A stretch of DNA of 64,000 nt, taken from NCBI GenBank assembly GCA_044451945.1, contig JBIOKR010000002.1, positions 4,411 through 68,410 of the forward strand. The letters are read 5' to 3'. The position numbers and the translations under genes were made by a program. Shown piece after piece: positions 9,298 through 18,558 of the stretch. Below the pieces are notes generated by a model. It did no database searches and was not told where the DNA came from. It saw nothing but the letters and a program-made list of their open reading frames with translations. The stretch is from Candidatus Lutacidiplasmatales archaeon (GTDB taxonomy: Archaea; Thermoplasmatota; Thermoplasmata; Lutacidiplasmatales; UBA184). How positions within the stretch are numbered: position 1 is the first letter of the stretch; every line of letters begins with the position of its first letter.

Positions 9298-10194
9298 TCA
9301 ACCCAGGCGGGCCCTCAGGCTCTCGATGTTCGCCCGGAATCGGGAAGGACGGGCCCACGAAGCGTATTCGGTCGGCATCTCGGGCGTCCCGGGGCCTTGG
9401 GCGAGCGCCCGGACGCTCCTGAGGTAGGCCGCCGTCTCCCGGCAGGCGTCGACCGTCGTGACGGGCCCGTGGCCCGGGACGATCTTCCGAGGCGCCGACT
9501 CCTCCATTCGTGCAAGGGCCGTCAGCCAACGATCGACATCCGACGACCCTAGGCTCGGATGGGATCCGACCGTGACGAGATCCCCCGCGAAGTAGACCTC
9601 GGAGTCCGGCACGAAGAGGATGGAGTCGCTCTCGCTGTGGCCCGCCCCTTCGACGAGCATCACGTCGTTCCCCCCGGGATAGACAAAGCGGTCGGTGAAG
9701 AACTCGTCCGGCGGCCGCAGGTTGACCAGGTCGCGCGCGTCGGAGAGATCCCGGCGCGCCGCCGCCTCCTCCTCGAGCTCCTGACGCTCGAGGGGACGCT
9801 GCTCCTCCAGGGCGCGCCGGGCGAGCTGCGCTGTCCCCTGCGACCAGGAGGGGTCGCTGACGGCCGCAGGGATCGACGACCCGCGAGCCACCAGGAGGTC
9901 GTGGGTTCGGCGCGTGCTGCGGATCGTGCACCCGCCGAACACCCGGTTCCCTAGCGTGTGATCGAAGTGCCAGTGGCTGTTCGCCACCTCGAGGGGTTCC
10001 TTTCCGGAGAGGATGCGGGCCGCCACCCGAAGATCCTTGGCGGCCCTCGGGGTCTGGGACGTATCGAAGACCAGGCAGGCCCTCCCCAGGTCGACAATGC
10101 CGCTGTTGCTCATCGCGCTGGAGCCGGCGAGCGGGATCGCGGCCCACACGCCCTCCGCCACCTTCTCGAACCGGTAGACGTCGGAGCGGTGCAT
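9298..10194 (-). CDS. Metallo-beta-lactamase-fold hydrolase
   Basis: NSHWHFDHTLGN, GHS, FAGDL, VPGHG. Confidence 0.9.
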   Translation of the reverse strand: MHRSDVYRFEKVAEGVWAAIPLAGSSAMSNSGIVDLGRACLVFDTSQTPRAAKDLRVAARILSGKEPLEVANSHWHFDHTLGNRVFGGCTIRSTRRTHDLLVARGSSIPAAVSDPSWSQGTAQLARRALEEQRPLERQELEEEAAARRDLSDARDLVNLRPPDEFFTDRFVYPGGNDVMLVEGAGHSESDSILFVPDSEVYFAGDLVTVGSHPSLGSSDVDRWLTALARMEESAPRKIVPGHGPVTTVDACRETAAYLRSVRALAQGPGTPEMPTEYASWARPSRFRANIESLRARLG

Positions 10195-10492
10195 CGTGCT
10201 GGTTTCAGCAGTACCCGGCCCCTCGTCTCCCTTGCGGGGGTCCGTGAATCTCGATCCCCGCCCAAGAGGCGGCCTGCGGGAGAGCTGTCCACGGGTACCC
10301 TGGCCCCACCGGCTTCCCCAGCGAACCGGATCCCCTGCGGTGGTCACTACCTTCCACGCGCGGACCGCAGGGTAGTGTGGCCCCCGAACCCCTTCATTGT
10401 CTATAGTGGCGCATGTTACTATATACTAACCGGCTGGCCTGCTTAACTACCATATATGCCTCTGAATCGCGCTCCGAATTACGGGAATACCC

Positions 10493-11509
10493 ATGGAGGG
10501 TCGAAAGCTGCAATTGGCGGGAGGTTCGACGTACGTCATCTCGCTGCCCAAACGCTGGGTGACGCACGCCGGGCTCAAGGCGGGCGACACCCTGTTCGTC
10601 GACACCGAGGCGGACGGGGCGATCTCGGTCCGCTCGCAGGCCGCCACGAAACCGGCGGTCCGTCGCAAGGTCTTCGAGGAGAAGGGCGAGGAGGCCCGGG
10701 AGCACCTCCTTCGCAAGCTGATCGGGGCGTACATCTCGGGGTACGGGCTTATCGAGATCCGTTTCTCGGCCGACAGAGGCCCGTTCGTCCGCCGTGTCTC
10801 CCGGGACTTCTGCCGCCTCGTGGTGGGGCCCGAGGTCGTCGAGGAAGGGCCGAACGCCCTCCTGATCCAGGACCTCTCCGATTCCTCCGAGCTCAGCACG
10901 GAGAAGTGTCTGCGCCGGATGCACCTCGTGGTCCGCGCCATGCTCGACGACGCGATCGTCGCGCTGCGGACGGGCCGCGCGGCGCTCGCCCACGACGTGG
11001 TCCAACGGGACCAGGACGTCGACCGCCTCTACTGGATGGTCGCCAAGCAGTACCACCTCACGCACACCGCCCCCGGGCGGGCGACCGACGGGGAGGCCGT
11101 GGCGGCGATCCACGCCCACCGGCTCGTCGCGAAACTGCTCGAGCGGATCGGCGACCACGCCGAGCGCATCGCGGGCACGTTCTCGACGATTGTCGAAGGA
11201 AAGGTGATCGATTCGAAGCTCGGAAAGGACCTGGAGGAGGCGAACGCCTCTGCGATCGCCATTCTCGACAAGGCGTTCCGGGCCCTCGTGACGGGGAACA
11301 TCGACCTCGCCAACGAGGCGATCGACGCCCGGGGCCCGCACCAGAAGCTCATAGACACGCTCTCGCACCGGGTCGCGACCCGCAAGGGCGAGGAGCTGCT
11401 CGCCCTGGGAGCGGTCGTCGACAGCCTCGGACGGACCGCGAGCTATGCCACCGACATCGCCGAGCAAGCGATCAATCTCGCCGTCCTTCAGGACGGAAAG
11501 CCGTCGTAG
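10493..11509 (+). CDS. phoU: Archaeal AbrB-PhoU phosphate uptake regulator
   Basis: RKLQLAGGSTYVISLPKRW, LIGAYISG, DQDVDRLYW, LERIGDHA; two PhoU repeats. Confidence 0.92.
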   Translation: MEGRKLQLAGGSTYVISLPKRWVTHAGLKAGDTLFVDTEADGAISVRSQAATKPAVRRKVFEEKGEEAREHLLRKLIGAYISGYGLIEIRFSADRGPFVRRVSRDFCRLVVGPEVVEEGPNALLIQDLSDSSELSTEKCLRRMHLVVRAMLDDAIVALRTGRAALAHDVVQRDQDVDRLYWMVAKQYHLTHTAPGRATDGEAVAAIHAHRLVAKLLERIGDHAERIAGTFSTIVEGKVIDSKLGKDLEEANASAIAILDKAFRALVTGNIDLANEAIDARGPHQKLIDTLSHRVATRKGEELLALGAVVDSLGRTASYATDIAEQAINLAVLQDGKPS

Positions 11510-11519
11510 CGCCCGGGGA

Positions 11520-12536
11520 TCAACGCGGGGACGCTTTCGCCCGGATCTCCGGGGTCGCCGGAAGTGAGGCGAGGCTCGGGGGGGCCTGGGGGAGAATCTT
11601 CGGTACGGCGCCCGAAGTGTCGAGCGTCGTCGTGGGGGGTATCGCCGCAGCGACCGTATCGGCGTCCACCCGGTAGGCGCGGTGCTCCACCGCGTATTCG
11701 AGCGCCCGGTCGGCGAGCTCCACGAGGCGTCTCGGGTTGGCCTGAGCGGCCGAGTTCAGCGCCGCCGCCGCATCCCGGTCGTACGGATAGAGCGGGTCGA
11801 GGTTCTGCACGATCCGCTTGGCGAGCAACTTCTTGGCGAGGAGGAGTGCCGCCTCGTCGATCGACAGGGTCGGCAGGAGGAACGTCCGGTTGATCCGGGA
11901 GCTGAGCGCCGGGTAGTTCGCGCCGAGCGTGACGAGAAAGCTCGGGGTGCAGCCGAACATCACGAGCGCCCCGGGCTTGAGCTCATCGCCGAGCTCCTGC
12001 AGGGCCTTGACGAACAGGTCGGAGTCCGGCATCTTCGCGACGTTCTGGAGATCGTTCAGGAGGAGGAACGACGGCGCGTTCATGTTGAGGGCGGCCGCGA
12101 GGACGTGCCCGGCCTGCCCCGGGTCGTACTTGCCGTCCTTCGACTTCTCGAGGGCGGTCAGCTGACGGTACCACGCCGGGGGGTTGAAGATCTTCGCGAA
12201 CCCCTTGAGATTCTTCGCGGCTTGGAACTCGTGGGCCAGGAGGGGCATGGTCAGGCCGGCTTTCTCGGGGACGTCCAGGTAGACGCAGTAGGCGCCCCGG
12301 TCCTTCGCCTGCGCCTGGGCGAGCCGAAGGCGGTGGGTCTTGCCGGTCCCCAGGCTGCCCACCAGCGCCACCAGGGCCTTGTTCTCCTTCTCGAGGACCT
12401 CGTCCTTGATGGTGTTGAGCGACTCGTCGATCTGAAGGTCGACGTGGAAGACCTCGATGTCCTCGAGGCTGTCGCTCGTCAGGTCTCGGAACGGGTTTCC
12501 CGTGAGACCGTATCGCTCGTACGAACCGCCCGGCAT
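11520..12536 (-). CDS. ExeA/MshM-like AAA+ P-loop ATPase
   Basis: N-terminal YERYGLTGNPF, Walker A GSLGTGKT, degenerate Walker B LLLND, LSSRI, ANPRRL. Confidence 0.65.
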   Translation of the reverse strand: MPGGSYERYGLTGNPFRDLTSDSLEDIEVFHVDLQIDESLNTIKDEVLEKENKALVALVGSLGTGKTHRLRLAQAQAKDRGAYCVYLDVPEKAGLTMPLLAHEFQAAKNLKGFAKIFNPPAWYRQLTALEKSKDGKYDPGQAGHVLAAALNMNAPSFLLLNDLQNVAKMPDSDLFVKALQELGDELKPGALVMFGCTPSFLVTLGANYPALSSRINRTFLLPTLSIDEAALLLAKKLLAKRIVQNLDPLYPYDRDAAAALNSAAQANPRRLVELADRALEYAVEHRAYRVDADTVAAAIPPTTTLDTSGAVPKILPQAPPSLASLPATPEIRAKASPR

Positions 12537-12550
12537 CGAACCACCCGGAC

Positions 12551-13180
12551 CTACAGCACGCGCCGCCGCAGGTCCATCGCCATCCGTGTGCCATCAAAGT
12601 CATAATACACATTTCGGTCGACGAACTGCCCGTCGATCCATTTGGGAATTCGCAGGAAGCGGACGAGCCCCTCGGGCCCCTCCTTCGAGTGGAACTGGAC
12701 CACCCCATCCGAGAGATGGTTGGTCACCGCCTCGGCCCCGGGAGTGTGGATCCCGCGGTCCGTGGCGAGGAGCACCGTGGTCCCGTGCTCCCGGCAGAGG
12801 CCGCGCAGCCTCCGCATGAGACCGGCGAGGTCGGGCGTCTCGAGCTCGAGCGTGAGCATGGTGAACGAATCGAGCGCGAGGACGCCGTCCGAGCCAGCGA
12901 ACCCCTTGAGGTCGCGCAGCTCGTCGCGCTCCGAGATGTTCAGGCGCTGTGCCGCGTCGCCCGAGGGAACGCCCTCCCGCCGGAAGAGCGCCTCGACCTC
13001 GTCCCGCCCGCGGGTGGTGACGAACGAGACGCCCCCGTCCTGCCGCAGCGCGCTCAGGCAGAGCCTTCGCAGGAAGTAACTCTTGGCCGGATCCGGGCCG
13101 CTCTCGGCGACGAGCACCTGGCCCCCCCGGATCGTGGGGATGAGCGTGTCGAGGCCCGGGAGGTCGATCGGGATGTCCAT
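12551..13180 (-). CDS. KaiC/RAD55/ArlH(FlaH)-like RecA-superfamily protein with degenerate Walker A
   Basis: LPGLDTLI...GGQVL, ESGPDPAKS, ALDSF, LSDGVVQF, RFLRIPK. Confidence 0.75.
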   Translation of the reverse strand: MDIPIDLPGLDTLIPTIRGGQVLVAESGPDPAKSYFLRRLCLSALRQDGGVSFVTTRGRDEVEALFRREGVPSGDAAQRLNISERDELRDLKGFAGSDGVLALDSFTMLTLELETPDLAGLMRRLRGLCREHGTTVLLATDRGIHTPGAEAVTNHLSDGVVQFHSKEGPEGLVRFLRIPKWIDGQFVDRNVYYDFDGTRMAMDLRRRVL

Positions 13181-13297
13181 CCCCGCCCCACGGGGTCAGC
13201 CGAGCATAACGATGCTATCGGTACACTACGGAAATGCCCCCCCATCTACGGTATCTATAGGGGGAGCGCGTATCCATCCCCCAAGGCTCGCCCCGGC

Positions 13298-14134
13298 ATG
13301 CGCCCGGTCCGTTCGAACCGCCGCGGGCTCTCCGAGATCGTCGGAACGCTCTTTCTCGTCCTCATCGTCGTCGGGGCGGCGACCGCGTTCGCCGCCTTCG
13401 TAGCGGGCTACCAGAAGCAGCTCCAGGCGGAGCAGCAGGCCGCGCACGAGAGGGCCCTCGAATCGATCCGGGTCCTCCACCTCACCCCGACCCCGAACGG
13501 GACTTCCGGGACCTGGGGGTGGCTCAACTTCTCCCTGGCGAGCCTCGACGTCAATCCGATCATCGTGACGAGCATCTCCGTGAACGACAACCCTGTGGCC
13601 AAGTACAACGTGAGTGGCCTCAACCTCTCGACCGGTACCTTCTGGAGCCAGACCGTCCTGGCCGGCGGGTACCTCTCGCTCTACCCCCGCGAGGCGTTCT
13701 CGGTGAACGTCAGCACCGCGAAGGGGCCGGCCCGCTCCGGTTTCTACGACCCCAACCTCACACTTTCTACCTCGAGCTATCTCAAGGTCGAGCTGTTCAC
13801 CTACAACAGCAACGCGTTCACCCAGACGTTCATCCCGCCGTCCGCGGTCGCCTCGATCAACTACCTGCAGACGTACAACGGCACCAACATCACGAACATC
13901 CCGGTGCTCGATGGGAGCAGCTCGTTCCAGCCGGGCAACGCGACGCTCGTCGCCTGGATCTGGACGGTCCATGAGAGCGCCCCCTCCGTCAAAACCTGGG
14001 GGCTCTCCGGGGAGAAGGTCGAGATGAGCAACCTCACCCGGGGCGGCTCGTACACGGTCGGACTCACTGTCGCCAACTCCGACGGGCTGCTCGGCCTGCT
14101 CAACCCGGCGCTATCGTTCGTCTATTCCGGGTGA
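13298..14134 (+). CDS. Archaeal type IV pilin-like protein (class III signal peptide) with a C-terminal PKD-like domain
   Basis: MRPVRSNRRG/LSEIVGTLFLVLIVVGAA prepilin cleavage motif; LDGSSS...W.W...G.Y.V.LTV.N PKD-like end. Confidence 0.85.
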   Translation: MRPVRSNRRGLSEIVGTLFLVLIVVGAATAFAAFVAGYQKQLQAEQQAAHERALESIRVLHLTPTPNGTSGTWGWLNFSLASLDVNPIIVTSISVNDNPVAKYNVSGLNLSTGTFWSQTVLAGGYLSLYPREAFSVNVSTAKGPARSGFYDPNLTLSTSSYLKVELFTYNSNAFTQTFIPPSAVASINYLQTYNGTNITNIPVLDGSSSFQPGNATLVAWIWTVHESAPSVKTWGLSGEKVEMSNLTRGGSYTVGLTVANSDGLLGLLNPALSFVYSG

Positions 14135-14161
14135 GGAGTCTCCCGCCCCTTCCTTCGCCCC

Positions 14162-15595
14162 TCAGGCGAAGTAGAGGAAGGCAACGATCGTCACGATGAG
14201 AAGCACGATCGAGTGGGTGAGGCCGTACCGGGCCTTCCCCTCGGTGAACGCCCCGATGATGATTCCGGTGCCGATCGAGTTGATCATCATCAGGTCGAAG
14301 AATCGCTGCTCGAGGGTGCCGAACGCCAGCTTCGGGATCGCGGCGGTTCCGCCGCTCTTGATGGAGGAGAGGGGGTTCCCTCCACCCCCCGAGAAGAAGG
14401 TGAGGCTGACGCCCCCCAAGGAAGGGGCGATGCTGAGCAGCGAGAAGAGGACGGCCATGAGCACCCCGAAAGCCACGTAGAGGACGGCGATCGGAAGGAC
14501 GAGCGCGTTTCGGCGCTCGAGGTCGATCTTGATGAAATCGTCCAAGTCCTTCGCCGCCCGATGGATGACCGACGCGGTCTCGCCGCCGATCGTGGAGGCA
14601 TCGGCGATGAGCTCGGCGTAGCGCGTGATGAGCGGGCTCTTCATCGGCACCGCCATGTTGCGGAGCACCTGGTCGAACGGTCGTCCGATGCGGACCCCGT
14701 CGGCCGCCACCTTGAGCGGCTTCTTCAGGATGTCCTGGTGCGTGGTCGACAGCTCGAGCAGGGCCTTGGCCGGGTCGAGCCCGCCCCGCATGGCGTCCGC
14801 CATCTCGAACAGGAATTGGGCGAACGAGCGCTCAAAGGCCCGCAGCCGGGTGAGCTCCCGGTTCGAGTCGACGGTGAACGCCGTGATGGCCACGAAGAAG
14901 CCCGCGATGACGACGTACTCGGGCGCGAGCAGGGGGAGCCCCGGGGTGCGAAGGACGTAGGTGAGTCCAAAGAGGATGACGAACACCGCGATGATCAGCG
15001 GGACGACGAGGACGAGGTACTCCTTGTTGACCGGGTGCGTGGCGAAGTACTTGTAGAACGCGAACCGCCGGGTGCGCTTGATGTAGAGGATGTACCCGCC
15101 GAACGCCCCGAGGCAGACCACGGCGCCGAGCGCGATGTCGATGACCACGCCTTCGAGGTTGAAGGAGAGCAGTGGACCCGAGGAGGAGCCCCCTGCGACG
15201 GTCGCGAACCCGAAAGAGATCTCGTTCGTGTGTCCGCTCGTGTCCGAGACGCTGATGTTGACGGTGTTGTTCCCGGAGCGCAGCTTGAAGATCGACGGGA
15301 CCTGGTAGGAGAGCTCCTTCGCCGAGATCCGCACGCCGTCGAAGCTCGTGACGTTCACGCCGTTGACGACGATGAAGACGCTCCCGGGATCGATGGTGCC
15401 GTTCGCATCGGAGTAGGTCACCGTGATGTTCGGCGTGAGGGTGTCGATCTGGGACCCGGGCAACGGGGAACTCGGCGTGATCGTGATCGGATTGGCGCTC
15501 GACTGCGCACCCCCCCCGGCGGCGATCGGTCCGGCGAGGAGGAGCCCCAGCGCAGCGATCAGCAGGAGGCTCGCGAGCTTCCTCACCGCGCTCAC
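14162..15595 (-). CDS. TadC/T2SS-F pilus platform protein with an N-terminal secreted Ig-like domain
   Basis: FAQFLFEMADAMRGGLDP.AL, GRPF.QVL, GGE; C-terminal TM helices with G.F.EGK; signal peptide followed by a beta-rich domain. Confidence 0.85.
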   Translation of the reverse strand: MSAVRKLASLLLIAALGLLLAGPIAAGGGAQSSANPITITPSSPLPGSQIDTLTPNITVTYSDANGTIDPGSVFIVVNGVNVTSFDGVRISAKELSYQVPSIFKLRSGNNTVNISVSDTSGHTNEISFGFATVAGGSSSGPLLSFNLEGVVIDIALGAVVCLGAFGGYILYIKRTRRFAFYKYFATHPVNKEYLVLVVPLIIAVFVILFGLTYVLRTPGLPLLAPEYVVIAGFFVAITAFTVDSNRELTRLRAFERSFAQFLFEMADAMRGGLDPAKALLELSTTHQDILKKPLKVAADGVRIGRPFDQVLRNMAVPMKSPLITRYAELIADASTIGGETASVIHRAAKDLDDFIKIDLERRNALVLPIAVLYVAFGVLMAVLFSLLSIAPSLGGVSLTFFSGGGGNPLSSIKSGGTAAIPKLAFGTLEQRFFDLMMINSIGTGIIIGAFTEGKARYGLTHSIVLLIVTIVAFLYFA

Positions 15596-16548
15596 TCCGC
15601 CCTTCCGTAGGCCATCGAGATCGCGATCGAGGTCGCCGCCACGGCGGCCGGCATGAGACCGTACGTGAGGAGCAGGAGGAGCTCGTTCGCGTCGAGGCCG
15701 GCGGCCGTGCTCCCGAATGCGTTCAAGAGGAACGCCGCGACGGCGATCATCAGGACGCCGACCATCACGAGGCTCACGTACATGTCGACGAACGTCTGCA
15801 GGCGGACGATGAACTCCTTCTGGGCGTCGCGCTTGAGCTTGAGGACGTCCCCGGACTTGGTGCGCAGGTACTCGTCGAGGTCGCCCCCCTGGTGGATCAT
15901 GTTGGCGAGGTCCCAGAGCGATTCTCGAAGGGACGGGGAGGGGGACTCCTTCGCCGTCTCGGCGAGCGCGGTGATGAGGTCCTTTCCCTGGATGTCCGTC
16001 TTGTAGACGATCCGCTTGAACTCCCCGGTCATCTGCGGATCGTGGCGGCGGTTGGCCATCCGACGGACAAGCTCGATCGGGGACATGCCGGTGCTCGCCA
16101 GTACGGACAGCTCGCTCAGCGTGAACGGGAGCTCGCGCTCGAGCTGCGTCTTCCGGTTCGCGATGCGGGTGCTGACGATCGACTGGAAGGCGAGGAGCGT
16201 CGCACCGACGCCGACCAGGGTGATCAGCGCGACGTAGCCGTACCAGAAGGAGACGTGGATGAGGACGGTGAACAGGAAGAGCCCGACCGCCAATACGCCG
16301 ATCCCGGCGATCATCGCCGTGATCAGCATCTCGGCGTAGTGGAGGCCGACGGAGATGTTCACCCCGGCCTGCTTGAGCTGCTCGGCGAGCGATTCCGATT
16401 TGATGCGCTTGTCGAGGCGGTCACCTAGGAGCCGGTAGCAAAAGGCGCGGTACGCCTTGACGAACTGGTCCTCGGAGGGGACCTTCGGCTTGGCGATCGT
16501 GGTCCCGGTCGAACTGACCGCTCCGGAGGCTTCGGCGGGCTCGTACAC
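15592..16548 (-). CDS. TadB/TadC (T2SS-F) pilus platform membrane protein
   Basis: ELPF.L..LSVLASTG.SP, EF.RI...G.DL..AL, SPS, GGDL..YL; overlaps the next gene by 4 nt. Confidence 0.9.
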   Translation of the reverse strand: MYEPAEASGAVSSTGTTIAKPKVPSEDQFVKAYRAFCYRLLGDRLDKRIKSESLAEQLKQAGVNISVGLHYAEMLITAMIAGIGVLAVGLFLFTVLIHVSFWYGYVALITLVGVGATLLAFQSIVSTRIANRKTQLERELPFTLSELSVLASTGMSPIELVRRMANRRHDPQMTGEFKRIVYKTDIQGKDLITALAETAKESPSPSLRESLWDLANMIHQGGDLDEYLRTKSGDVLKLKRDAQKEFIVRLQTFVDMYVSLVMVGVLMIAVAAFLLNAFGSTAAGLDANELLLLLTYGLMPAAVAATSIAISMAYGRAE

Positions 16549-16554
16549 GCTCCC

Positions 16555-18378
16555 TCAACTGGCCGCGACCCGGTGCTCCAGGTCGCGAATCGCCCCGGCG
16601 GAATCGATGTAGTAAGAGGCGATCGCGCGGCTCACCTCCTTGAAGTACGAAAGATTCAGCTGGTTCATGAGCTCCAGATAGTGGGCCTTACCGTCCATCG
16701 ATTCCCTGAGCTCGGTGGCAGTGCGCCCCGAGGCCTTGGCGACCTTCTCGAGGACGAAGCTGCGGCCGAGCCAGTCGAACGCGTCCCGGACCGGGTCCCA
16801 CCGGAACACCTCGTTCGTCAGGAGCTCGTTCGTCGCCGCGTCGACCTCGAGGACCTCGGTGATCGTGGTGACGCGACGCACCCGGAGGTCCCGGATCGCC
16901 ACCTGGGCGGGGAAGGCGACCGTGTCCAGGGCCTGGAAGAGGACCCGGGGGATGTTCATCGGCTCGTTTTCCACCCGGTGAAGAAGCTCGCCGATCGAGC
17001 CCGCGTGCACGGTCGACATCGACGCGTGGCCCACCGAGATCGCCTGGAAAAGTGTGAACGCCTCCGCGCCCCGGACCTCTCCCACGATCACGTACTCCGG
17101 GCGCTGGCGCAGCGCGGCCACCAGAAGGTCGAACAGGGTGACGCTGCCCGGGGCCTTGAGCGCCGAGGCGCGGCCCGTGATCCCCGAGACACCGGAAGCG
17201 CCGGCGCCCATGCCGTAACCCGACCGGGCGATCGACTGGATCCAGTTCTCATGGTCGATGTGGATCTCCGGGGTGTCCTCGATCGAGACGATCTTGTCCT
17301 CCGGCCGGATGAACATGCTGATGGCGTTCAGGAGCGTCGTCTTGCCGCTCGCCGTTCCCCCCGAGATCAGGATGGAGCGGTGATTCTCGATGAGCGTCCA
17401 GAAGTAGGCGAGCTGCGCGGGGGACATCGAGCCGAAGCGCATCAGGTCGATCGGGGAGACCGGGTCTTGGGCAAACTTCCGGATGCTGAAGGTGGAGCCC
17501 TTGCGCGTCACCTCCGTCCCGAGGGTCAGGTTGACGCGGCTTCCGTCACGCAGCGTCGCGTCAAGGATCGGCTGGTAGATCGATACGTGCTTCCCTGAGA
17601 TCTGGGCGAGCCTCAGTACGTACTTGTTGAGCTCGAACTCGCTTCCGTACTGTACATTGGAACGAATAGAGCCGAAGACCCGGTGAAAGACGTAGAGCGG
17701 CACCTCGGGCCCGAGGCAGCTGATATCCTCGAGGAACGGGTCACGCATCACCGCGTCCGCCCGTCCCATCCCGACGAAATCGCGTTGGAGGTAGTACATC
17801 ATCACCGGGCGCCGACGCGGCGCCACGTCGATGTCGTAGAGGTCGAGGACGGTGAGGAACCGGCTGTCCAGGTACTTCCGAAGCTCCGGGGACTGGTCGA
17901 GCCCGATGCGCCCGACGACGGGGAGCTCCTCCTGCCCCATGATCACCTCCATCTTGTCCCGGATGGCCGAGATTTTGGCGGACTCGCCCTCGTGGAGCGT
18001 CGGTTCGAGGCAGGTGTACATCCACTCTTCCGAATCGGTATCGAAAGCGATGTGCACGAAGGCGTACGGCGGATTGACCGGATAGGTGACGTTCACCTTC
18101 CGACGGTCGCCCAGAAGTTGCCTACGCATGTAGCCGATCTCGGAGGCGACCAGTACCTTCTCCGAGAGCAACGGCCGCCGGGTGTAGAGGGCGTCGAGCT
18201 TCGCCGATTCCTGTAGCAGCGTGGCCCGGTCCTTCGGCAGGAGCTTGCGGCGCACCGAACGGGCTAAGGCGAGGGGGGAGCCCGTCGAACGATGCCCAAT
18301 TGACGCCTTCGAATCGGCACTCCCGGCCACGTCGCCGAGATACCGGAACGCTCGGTTAAGCGGACCCCACGGAATCAC
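16555..18378 (-). CDS. Type IV pilus / ArlI(FlaI)-like assembly ATPase
   Basis: DPFLEDISC, SGGTASGKTT, IEDTPE, ALRQRPEYVIVGEVRG, GH..MSTVHA. Exact start uncertain. Confidence 0.93.
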   Translation of the reverse strand: MIPWGPLNRAFRYLGDVAGSADSKASIGHRSTGSPLALARSVRRKLLPKDRATLLQESAKLDALYTRRPLLSEKVLVASEIGYMRRQLLGDRRKVNVTYPVNPPYAFVHIAFDTDSEEWMYTCLEPTLHEGESAKISAIRDKMEVIMGQEELPVVGRIGLDQSPELRKYLDSRFLTVLDLYDIDVAPRRRPVMMYYLQRDFVGMGRADAVMRDPFLEDISCLGPEVPLYVFHRVFGSIRSNVQYGSEFELNKYVLRLAQISGKHVSIYQPILDATLRDGSRVNLTLGTEVTRKGSTFSIRKFAQDPVSPIDLMRFGSMSPAQLAYFWTLIENHRSILISGGTASGKTTLLNAISMFIRPEDKIVSIEDTPEIHIDHENWIQSIARSGYGMGAGASGVSGITGRASALKAPGSVTLFDLLVAALRQRPEYVIVGEVRGAEAFTLFQAISVGHASMSTVHAGSIGELLHRVENEPMNIPRVLFQALDTVAFPAQVAIRDLRVRRVTTITEVLEVDAATNELLTNEVFRWDPVRDAFDWLGRSFVLEKVAKASGRTATELRESMDGKAHYLELMNQLNLSYFKEVSRAIASYYIDSAGAIRDLEHRVAAS

Positions 18379-18558
18379 CGTATTGTCCGTAGCGCACCGT
18401 CCGCGCCGGTTTCCTACGTTGGCCGGACGGCCGTCTACGGCTACTTCGCCGGCTTACCGTTTCTCTTTCGACCCGGGTTATGGGCGACGGGGCGCCTCCC
18501 CCACCGTGGCGCCGCGAGGCGCCGCGAACAGCGAAGGAAGAAGGAGGAAGGAGAGAGA

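Noticed and set aside
13298..18378. Archaellum (motility) operon
   Set aside because: It has two separate TadB/C-type genes rather than one ArlJ, and no archaellin, ArlF/G or chemotaxis genes. A non-archaellum pilus system fits better.
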